From NCBI RefSeq assembly GCF_964204645.1, contig NC_134032.1:6746275-6810274 (forward strand): 64,000 bases of DNA, read 5' to 3'. Numbering within the stretch: position 1 is the stretch's first letter; each line of letters begins with the position of its first letter. This document shows positions 23,011 through 32,243 of this stretch, in pieces. Source of the stretch: Tubulanus polymorphus (lineage: Eukaryota; Animalia; Nemertea). The notes beneath the pieces were generated by a model. It was not told the DNA's origin, did not search any database, and saw only the letters and a list, made by a program, of their open reading frames with translations. Position numbers and translations under genes: made by a program.

Positions 23011-23685
23011 TCATTTCGGATCCTTGATATCAAATTCCTCAACGTATCGTTCATTATTTGGATTATTATTCCATTGATCAATAAATTTCTTTGCTTTTGT
23101 TAACTGTTCTGAATATAACTGTAAATCTAGTTTATTAGATTTGATTTGATTTTCTTTCTTTTCTAAAGGCCTTAAATTTTTCCAATTCCAAATAAGTCTT
23201 TTATTGTATTCATCATTCATGTTAAATTTAGATATTGGTAACACGTGATCAATATGGTAATAATCCCCATAATTATCTATATTCATTTTATCATCGAATT
23301 GAAATATTATCCATGATTTGAGAAATTCATCTGAACAACCCAATAAATTAGATAGTGTTTCTGAATGTGTTTCTTTGTTGAATAATTGTGTTAATCTAGA
23401 CCGTAAACATTGTTTCAATCTAAAATTAAGATCTGTTTGATATCTTCCTCTCATATATTCTGTCATATAATCATTATAAGATTCTCTATTATCTTCTCGG
23501 TATTGTTTGGTATATAGTTTAAAACAAGTTTTGCAGCAATATTGAAAACCATCTTTGCTAGTCTTGCGCTTACTAAATTCTGTTAATGATTTATCTAATT
23601 CACATTTAGAACACTTTTTGTAATATATGTTTATAACGCCAGTGTTATTTGTAATATTGATAGTTTGTGGTTGTTCTGGTTCCAT
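23011..23685 (-). CDS. Zn-ribbon plus HNH-type endonuclease of the kind common in large dsDNA viruses
   Basis: CSKC..CKTC N-terminal ribbon; YHIDHVLP...WKNLRPL...NQIKSNK HNH-like core. Confidence 0.8.
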   Translation of the reverse strand: MEPEQPQTINITNNTGVINIYYKKCSKCELDKSLTEFSKRKTSKDGFQYCCKTCFKLYTKQYREDNRESYNDYMTEYMRGRYQTDLNFRLKQCLRSRLTQLFNKETHSETLSNLLGCSDEFLKSWIIFQFDDKMNIDNYGDYYHIDHVLPISKFNMNDEYNKRLIWNWKNLRPLEKKENQIKSNKLDLQLYSEQLTKAKKFIDQWNNNPNNERYVEEFDIKDPK

Positions 23686-23799
23686 TTATTATACGTATTT
23701 TTTTATAATCCTCTTCCATTTCTTCGACCAACGTCATCCTTTTTCATTCCTCGCTGCTTTTGATAAGTTGTTTCGATTCCTTGATATCTAAATAATACC

Positions 23800-24148
23800 A
23801 CTGGGCAAAACCGCTCTTATAGGAGCGCTTTTGCTTAATGCGCATGCGTTAATCATAATTATATATTCATTCTGTAAATTCTGTAAAATAGAAACGACCG
23901 ACATAAAATATCAAAACGTGTTCGCACTAAGCAAAACCGCTCTTATTGGAGCGTTTTTACTTAATACGCATGCGCTAATCATAATTATATATTCATTCTG
24001 TAAAATAGAAACAACTGAACATAGAAAATTCAAACGCATGTGCACTAGGCAAAACCGCTCTTATAGGAGCGTTTTTGATCAATGCGCATGCGCTAATCAT
24101 AATTATATATTCATTCTGTAAAATAGAAACGACCGAACATAAAAATTC
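23800..24148. repeat. Three ~118-126-bp tandem repeats, each with a ~30-bp imperfect palindrome
   Basis: GCAAAACCGCTCTTATAGGAGCGCTTTTGC-like units at 23805, 23931 and 24049, each followed by (T)GCGCATGCG-like and TTCTGTAAAATAGAAAC. Confidence 0.9.
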
Positions 24149-24236
24149 ACCAATCAGATTTACACAATACATTATACAAGTATGTTCGATCGTTGTATTG
24201 ACAAAATTTATAGTTTCAACTAATACATTATTTTAT

Positions 24237-25007
24237 TTATAATTCCAACCAGAACTTTTCAATTTCTGGATCATTGTCAAACATTTTTTCAATATCGTTT
24301 AAGTATTTTACTATATCAGAAAATGACAAACTTAAAAATTGGAATCTTTTATATGTAATTAATCTCCCTACACTTCTTAATTTTCTTTCATACCCAGCAC
24401 TAATACCTATATATTTTTTAACCCAAGAAGTCCAAGAAATCCCCGCAGTTTGTTTATTAAACATTAAAAATCCCCTATTTAAACAATCCCCGAAAATGAT
24501 ATAATCCCATAAATGCTTTGCTTTTTTAAATAACAAGGTTCTATAATTTTTTTTCAATAAAACAGTTATTTCATTAAATGATGTTACACCTTCTATTTCT
24601 TTAAAACTTACATCTTTTTCATTTGATAATTTTGATTTTAAAAACTTATTTAACTCATTTCCGCTCATTTTCTTTTTAGTTTTTGTTCCTTTTAGTCTTA
24701 ACAATATTTCTACATTGGTTGTTGGTCTTTTCGGAAATGATGTTACGCTTGATTGCTGGTTTTCTATTATTTTTTCTAAAATTAATGTCATTTCTTGATG
24801 GTAATATAAATGTTTTTTAACTTCTTCTAACGTTTCATCTTCTATATCGAAAGATTCTTTTACTTCAGTACCCATTTCGGTTGGTTCATCTTCCATTTCG
24901 GTTGGTTCATCTTCCATTTCGGTTGGTTCATCTTCCATTTCGGTTGGTTCATCTTCCATTTCGGTTGTCCTCTGAGAATCAAGAGTACTTCTTGATACAC
25001 ACGACAT
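24237..25007 (-). CDS. Hypothetical Polinton protein with (EMEDEPT)n acidic repeat and helical, possibly DNA-binding C-terminal domain
   Basis: ORF open from 25016; first ATG at 25007; 21-bp coding repeat at ~24870-24967. Confidence 0.75.
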   Translation of the reverse strand: MSCVSRSTLDSQRTTEMEDEPTEMEDEPTEMEDEPTEMEDEPTEMGTEVKESFDIEDETLEEVKKHLYYHQEMTLILEKIIENQQSSVTSFPKRPTTNVEILLRLKGTKTKKKMSGNELNKFLKSKLSNEKDVSFKEIEGVTSFNEITVLLKKNYRTLLFKKAKHLWDYIIFGDCLNRGFLMFNKQTAGISWTSWVKKYIGISAGYERKLRSVGRLITYKRFQFLSLSFSDIVKYLNDIEKMFDNDPEIEKFWLEL

Positions 25008-25498
25008 TTTATTCAACTAAAAGATATCAGCGGTAGAACAGGAACCGCGATATTATATGATATAAATATTTTCAAGTCTATCGTTTCTAATTATTATAAC
25101 TTATTATAGTTCAAGTTATTATCTATCTAACGTAAAATAGAATTAACTGTATGAAGTTGTAGTTGTCAAAAGCACTTAAAGGTTTCATATTTAATAGCCC
25201 CAATAACTACAAAAAACAGTACTTACATTTAGATTTATAATTGTAAACTATAAACTCCTAATTTCGTTTCGAAAGATAGAATATCCTGAGCACAATGTTA
25301 CAGCGTATGTCCATTTCCGGGGCGATTTCTAGAATGACACGTCGTTGATTATGCCACGTCATCTAGTTCCGGTTCTAGAATTTTCTCTACACGTTTGTAA
25401 TATTATGTGTCATAATGTCTCGTCGTCATAGTAACAACTGTAACGGCTGTGAATTTATAGATTTATTCCATAGCTCTGTACATTGAATGTATATAGGT

Positions 25499-25734
25499 TC
25501 AAATAGAATCATGTTCTAGTATAAACATCGGATCCTCAACATATTGTTCATTATTTGGATCATTATTCCATAATTCAATAAATTTCTTTCCTTTTGTTAA
25601 CTGTTCTGAATATAACTGTAAATATTCTAGTTTCAATTTATTCTCTAAATGTGTTTAGTTTTATTGTGTCTTGCTTTTTGAGACTTATCTATATTTATCT
25701 TACATGTTGGGCAGTAGTACTTATTTGCTTCCAT
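25499..25734 (-). pseudogene. Chimeric mini-ORF: pPolB N-terminal Zn finger (from the TIR) fused to a copy of the HNH protein tail; 1-nt deletion
   Basis: Restoring one A near 25655 gives MEANKYYCPTC...HLENKLKLEYLQLYSEQLTKGKKFIELWNNDPNNEQYVEDPMFILEHDSI* (78 aa). Confidence 0.65.
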
Positions 25735-26082
25735 TTTAATACTATATTTTTTATTAAAATTGATTTTAGAAGTTCAATGATTTAAATGTTATTCATATAT
25801 ATATGAATATTTTAAGAGTAATAGGGGTAATAGGCTTTCGGGTTAAAGGTTGAACGGGCGGGTGAGTAAAAATGAAAAACATAAAAATAATTACAATTTC
25901 TACTTGAATTAGGAGTGAAACTCATAAAATGAAAAATAAATTCGAGCGTGTGAGAATTTATTTTTCATTTTTATGAGTTTCGCGAGTAATTCAAGTAGAA
26001 ATTGTAATTATTTTTATGTTTTTCATTTTTTACGAGCTCGACCGTTCGACCTTTGATCCGAAAGCCTATTACCCCTATTACT
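25626..26082 (-). repeat. Right TIR of Polinton; includes 266-bp internal palindrome 25817-26082
   Basis: Reverse complement of 7782-8239; followed by TSD CATGTA. Confidence 0.97.
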
Positions 26083-27543
26083 CATGTATATAGTTTAAAA
26101 TAACCCTTGTGTAAAAGATTAATTTTGTGCTGTAATTATCAAAAGTGTCGGAATATTCATTATTGCCATACCACGTAACAACCATTGTGAGAATAGATTA
26201 TTTCTGTTGCATGGCATGTTGTCTCTAAGAGTCCTCCATGGTTGTACATCAGGGGACCAGTCAAAAAATGAAAAAATAGTTGAGAAAAAAATGTATCGGT
26301 TCTCCATCGTAGGTTTGACACATATGTATTAATGTTGTAGTCATCGAGAATTAATCTCTACAGATTTTGTGCATATTTACATGTCAATAAAGATATTTTC
26401 AAATAAGACCATAGCGTTGTGTTTCCATTGCTGAAAAGGAAAAGGATCGATTCGATGCAGCATACTTGATTCCTAATACGACTAGGGCCTACATATGTTA
26501 AATTCCCCGACATCAGTTTCCGAAGTTCACGTTATCGTATTGGGTTTTAGTTCAACATTTTAGTTGAGTAGTTTATGCATCTATAGTTTTGACTGGAAGA
26601 CAACACCGTTGGGCGAATATCTCAAATATATAAGGAGATATAAGGAAAAATATCGAATTGTGGTCGGCCCAGACTGCAGATCGATTCCTATGTACTGCCA
26701 AGGCTTCCAAAGCAATATCTCGAGGCCCCCACATCGCTGCTGCAGACCAGATCTTTGATGCAGAGCCCAACATATGAATGACCTGTTCAACCCTACAGAT
26801 ACATTTTTCTGGCATTCTATCATACCATTTAATGATAATTACTGAAGTACTCGACGTAAATACGAAATATTTTGAAGCATGAATTTATTTTTATTGTTTC
26901 AATCATAATATAACATGTAATGCATTCACATCGTGATGTTACTTAGCCTAAATGTTAAGAACAGTTATTAAGATGAGCGCAACATACATAGCATCAAAAT
27001 CTAAAAATTCAGCCATCCATTAAACATATTGACTCGTTGTTTAGTGGGGTAACTAAAACACATTTAAAAAAATAATTTCCAGTGCCGAATCTGTAAGGAC
27101 AGATGAAGTGGGGTTTCTTCTGACTTCCTGAGCTATGAATAAACTAGTTTTAAAATTGAAAAGTGATTTCGACGGTTTATCGAAGTTTAAAAGCCTTGCG
27201 TAAGTTGGATCTTTTGGGACCAAGACAAATCCTTCGACTTCGAAAAATTCCGACTTCCAGCCGTTTCTAAAAACTATACGACTTCCAATTAAGTTCTGTA
27301 AACGGAAAAATTTAATCCATATCTACAAGAAATGATTAAAAACACTGAAATAGTTCGGGTTCAATTTTTCCAATATACTATCACAACTAGAATAACGACT
27401 GTTGACATGTATCATCGATTTACAGCCAGAAAAAAAGGGTCGGAACAGAAAAGAGAATAGAGGAGAAAATTTTGGACCATCAGTATTCATGTGATATAAA
27501 TGTGATCGTGATATAAGCGAGTATCCGACTACGTAAATTCCTT

Positions 27544-28560
27544 GTTTCTGAGTTGAAATCATCGCCCTTTTATTTTCGCAAGTGACTTTTTAGGTATTTT
27601 CCGAGGACCTAAAATCATCGCCCTTTTAATTTCGCAAGTGACTCTTTAGGTATTTTCCGAGTTTTTGAGCTGAAATCATCGCCCTTTTAATTGCGCAAGC
27701 GACTTTTTAGGTAAATTCCGAGTTTCTGAGCCGAAATCATCGCCCTTTTAATTTCTTAAGCAACTTTTTAGGTAAATTTCGAGTTTCTGAGCCGAAATGA
27801 TCGCCATTTTAATTTCGCCAGCGAGTTTTTAAGTAAATTCCTAGTTTCTGAGCCGAAAAGATCGCCCTTTTAATTTCCCCAGCGACTTTTTAGGTAATTT
27901 CCTACTTTCTGAGCCGAAATGATCGCCCTTTTAATTTCGCAAGCGATTTTGTAGGTAAATTCCGAGTTTCTGAGCCGAAATGATCGCCCTTTTAATTTCG
28001 CAAGCGACTTTTATGTAAATTCCTAGTTACTGAGCCAAAATCATCGCTCTTTTAATTTCGCAAGCGACTTTTAGGTAAATTCCGAGTTTCTGAGCCGAAA
28101 TGATCGCCCTTTTATTTTCGCAAGTTACTTTTAGGTAAATTCCGAGTTACTGAGCCCAAATCATCGCCCTTTTAATTTCGCAAGCGACTTTTTAGGTAAA
28201 TTCCGAGTTTCTAAGCCGAAATCATCCACCTTTTAATTTCGCAGTGACAACCGGGATCACACACAACTCACCAGAGCAACAATGGATTCTTTTCAAGAGA
28301 GCGATGTCACAACGCTACATTTCTGAAGTGAAATCATCGCATTTCACAAGTGATTTAGGTAAATTCTGAGTTTCTGAGCTGAAATCATCTTTTTTAAATT
28401 TCGCAAGTTACTTTTTAGGTAAATTCCGAGTTACTGTGAGCTGGAATCATTGCCCTTTTAATTTCAAAAGTGATTTTGTTAGGTACATCCTGAGTTTCTG
28501 AGTTAATCATCGCCCTTTTTTCACGAGTGTTTGTGTAAATTTCGAGTCTCTGAGCTGGAC
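27544..28560. repeat. Satellite/minisatellite, ~59-60-bp unit, ~16 copies
   Basis: Unit TTTCTGAGCCGAAATCATCGCCCTTTTAATTTCGCAAGCGACTTTTTAGGTAAATTCCGAG; interrupted at ~28245-28320; degenerates rightwards. Confidence 0.95.
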
Positions 28561-29980
28561 ATCACTAGTTTAAATTCACATTAAGGGATTATTGGTAACT
28601 TCCGACTCGGAATCTAGAATCATTATAGTTAGTGATTTTCGAGGTTTATATCGTTTGTGAGCTAGGAATGATTACATTTTAACAAATGTAATCTCAACTA
28701 TTCTTAGATTTCAAAAGTTATCTTGATCGCCACAGTACGCCAAAATCTTTCCTCGGTTTATTCCGAGTGAAATAGGAATAAATTCCACTATTGCTATTTT
28801 CGGTATGATTCCAAGTCTGTGAGCTATTCAACTAGGGAAAGTTGGACTTAAATGCCAATTCTAGAAAATTATCTGACCGCTGATTTTTGTCCCCGAAATG
28901 TTTGTATGATCGTCGAATTTATTCATCACATCGGCATACTAAGGACTGCAGTTGTCACCTTGTTGTGTTTTAATATGCAGTTGAGGTTCGGTCCATATTT
29001 ACCGTCTGGATCATTTAGAAGAACGGCTTTATGATAACCCAATAACGAACTACATGGCTTACTAACGAGGATATCATCCACCCGCTAAGCAGTCTATTAC
29101 TACGTGATACTAAACTTTAAATACGTACTACAAATACCGGTACCATTCTATTCGCAAACAAATCATCGTGCCACCTATGAAATCTTCAATTTATAATATT
29201 TTGAATACGGGGTGATTGCCACTTGGGTTGTGACATCTCTAAGGGCTTACTCTTTTATGACCTCCGAAGTCTCCGTCTTATATTTCCAATTAGAATGGGA
29301 CAGGCAACCAGTCTACCCAAGAATAGTGAGCCGCCTAGCGGCGCGGCAAGGCTCAACTCGTCGAGAGCGAGGAGCCGAAAAACGAATCAAACGGACATAG
29401 CATTAATATGGTACTATGACATTACCAAGAGACAGTTCTAAAGGGAAAATTGATAATAAAGTCGACTACTGGTAAGTAATATGAGTGTCATTGCGCGAAT
29501 TTATGATATAACCCAAACGAAAAGAATGATAGTGCTAATTGCCGAACGAAACCGACTAATACCCTCACCCGACCACGAGTGGCTTAGCACGGTTCGTTAA
29601 TGCAACGATTTCGCTGGAAAGAATACAATAATACGCGGAAATGCGTTGTCCCTAGTTAGGCCTACCTCGGCGCGTGAAACGTTCAAAATGTCTCCCCTTC
29701 GCATTTTCCTATAAAAAAAGGTCAAACGCCAAGAACTGTCATTCTAGAATCTAGTTAGGTACGTGGCTAAAATTTTCAACATCCCCATATTACAATTTCA
29801 CTTATATGGTTAGAAAGAGCATTAAAAATACCAGGATGGCCTCTGTACCTCAAATAATAAAAAAGTTATGGTTATTTGACTATCTGAAAATTAGCACAAT
29901 TTTGGCACGAATAATTAAGGTAAAACAATAGGATAAGCCGTGATCGCTGCAAGTAAAATTTATAGAAAAATCTTTACAAC

Positions 29981-32243
29981 TTTTTTAGCCCACTTGGGAC
30001 TTTAGTCCCAGCGGCTATTGCGTTTACTTTTCGTCCGTTGTCCGTCCGTCCGTCCGTAGACGGAATCCAGTTATTTTGGGAAGTTTTGAAGACGCTTCAA
30101 GGTAACGTCTTGATATTTGGGTTTCACGTGTATCTACCCTAGACACATCTTCAGCCCAAAAACTGGCCCTGTCAGAATCAAGATGGCTGACTGGCAGCCA
30201 TTGTTGTTCGCCAAAATCGGCACTTTTTACACATTTTTGAACTATTTGAGGGAAATTTTGAAGACGCTTCGATCAATTACCTTGATCTTTCGGATATATA
30301 TGAATCCCCCCCCAGGGCCCATCAACGAAACAAAAATTGGGTCGGTCGGACTCAAAATGGCCGTCCTATGACCTTTTTAGTGCCCAAAAATGTTAATTTT
30401 TGCCCGAATTCTGAGTCCTGTAGCTTCCTACTGGTTTTCCATTTCTCATTGCAATTTGTGATGGGTATTCTTTGGAAAGGGATGTTTTATACCTCAGACA
30501 GGTATTTTTCATCAGCCAATTATGACGCAATTGGCGGCCATCTTGGTGTCACCAGTACTCATTCGTGAGTGGGAAAAAGTTTTTCCACATTATATTGACA
30601 CACCTGCCAACCGTTTTTGCCGTATTCCGTTCCGTTCCGGTGCTACCCGCGGTAATACGGCGTTACTGGCACAGGCAATGGAATACGCTTTTTTCCGATA
30701 TCGTTCCGATGTTACACGAATGAGCAAATAAATACGGCCTCAATAAAAATCTCCTCATATTATGTCAATAAAGGTAATTTTGCAGTACATAATCGGTATT
30801 TTAATGGTTTATTAACATTTATTACGGGGAAAGTTTTTATTTGAGTAATTGTCACGAAGTTTCCATACAGCCGGGAACCAGTCTAGCGAATTTTTGGTTA
30901 CAACGAGTAATACCCGGAACCAGTCTAGCGAATTTTCGGTTACAACGAGTAATTTTCATCGCTCAAATTGTCATGAATGTTGCAAATGGCGGACGAAGTT
31001 CACGACGTTTTTTCAAATCTGGAAAATTCGGAGGGTTCTCCGTCTTCTTCGGAGTCGGAATCTGAAACTGATACTGCGGTAACAGGCTGTAGAAAACGTA
31101 TGATTAAGAAATATTGGAAACAGAAGTATAAAAAATCGTACAGCGCACAATATCCATGTTTCATAGCATCGAAATTAAGTAAATATCATGCAAGATGTAC
31201 GATATGTCAAATCGTTATTTTGTTTTCTAGTTGAGTTAACTGGTAATTATAATCTTTAATCGATGGTAGATTAAGTTTACCTGTGATAGTGCGAGTCGGT
31301 GATGGGGTGTGTCTGATGTCTCAAAATTGTTTATTTTTTATGGAAACTGCAGTTTCAAGTTTAATTTCATAATAAATGCATTTTTAAAAATTAATTTCTT
31401 CAGTAGTTTTAATATTCTATATTCTGATTTTAATCCGAAATTTCGTTACTGGCCATATTGAAAATGTTACTGGCAAAGGTCACATCAAGTCTAGTATAGT
31501 GGGTCACTGGCAAAATCTAAAAAATACTGGCAAATTTGAAAAATGTTACTATCTTGAAAAATTCAATGTTGGCAGGTCTGTATTGATACCTAAGCGTATT
31601 TTGCTACCACAATCAATTAGAAAGTTGTAGCTCATAACGTGTTCTATGATTGTGGTGAGTTTCAAGGTAATTGGATTTCGTATATGGCCACCAGGGGACG
31701 TTGAATAATACAATATCTTAGCATTTCTTTATTATATTCGTACCTATGCATATTTTGTAACCACAATCAATTGGAAAGTTGTAGCTCATGACATCATCTA
31801 TGATTGTTGTGAGTTTTAAGGACATTAGTTTTTCTATATGGTCACCAGGGGGCGTTGAATAGTAGAATAACTTAGTATTTCCTTATTATATTGGTACCTA
31901 GGCATATTTTGTTACCATGATCAATTGCAAAGTTGTAGTTCATGACATGTTCTATGATTGTGGTGAGTTTCGAGGTCATTGGGTTTTGAATATGGTGACC
32001 AGGGGGCGTTGAATAGTGGAATGAATTAGTATTTCCATATTAAATTGGTAACGAGGCATATTTTGTTATCACAATCAATTACAAAATCGTAGCTGCTGAC
32101 ATGTTCTATGATATTGGTGAGTTTCAAGGTCGTTGGTTTTTGTAAATGGTCACCAGGGGGCGTTGAATATTGAAATTGAATATTGATTGTTGAGCATTTG
32201 AAACCATTTCCCAAGTGGGCATGGTGTTCCCGGACCCCTAGTT
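29981..32243 (+). mobile_element. Helentron-associated non-autonomous element (HINE/DINE-1-like)
   Basis: T-run start; subTIRs GCCCACTTGGGA (29988) and TCCCAAGTGGGC (32209); 5' palindrome GGGACTTTAGTCCC; (GTCC)n microsatellite; ~154-bp internal tandem repeats x4 (31590-32170); short GC-rich 3' stem followed by TAGTT. Confidence 0.85.
30599..31580 (+). mobile_element. hAT-derived non-autonomous element nested in the HINE (6-bp TSD)
   Basis: TIRs CACACCTGCCAAC / GTTGGCAGGTCTG; TATTGA on both sides; internal fragment KQKYKKSYSAQYPC..HARCTIC resembles a hAT transposase N-terminal Zn finger. Confidence 0.75.

Larger units (their letters stand above)
7782..26082 (+). mobile_element. Full-length Polinton/Maverick (adintovirus-like endogenous virus), 18,301 bp
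   Basis: Termini AGTAATAGGGG...CCCCTATTACT; 6-bp TSD CATGTA at 7776-7781 and 26083-26088; ~458-bp TIRs; genes for pPolB, penton, MCP, ATPase and integrase; much more AT-rich than the flanks. Confidence 0.98.

Noticed and set aside
16803-24504. Antisense ORFs inside the Polinton (16803-17063, 17109-17606, 19530-19775, 21349-21751, 24274-24504)
   Set aside because: Shadows of real AT-rich genes on the opposite strand; they lack the WATAAATG start.
27544-28560. CRISPR-like regular array
   Set aside because: Whole units repeat with no unique spacers, no cas genes, eukaryotic context; it is a satellite.
28731-28746. CACAGTACGCCAAAA as a Transib/RSS-like end
   Set aside because: No inverted partner found downstream of the transposase.
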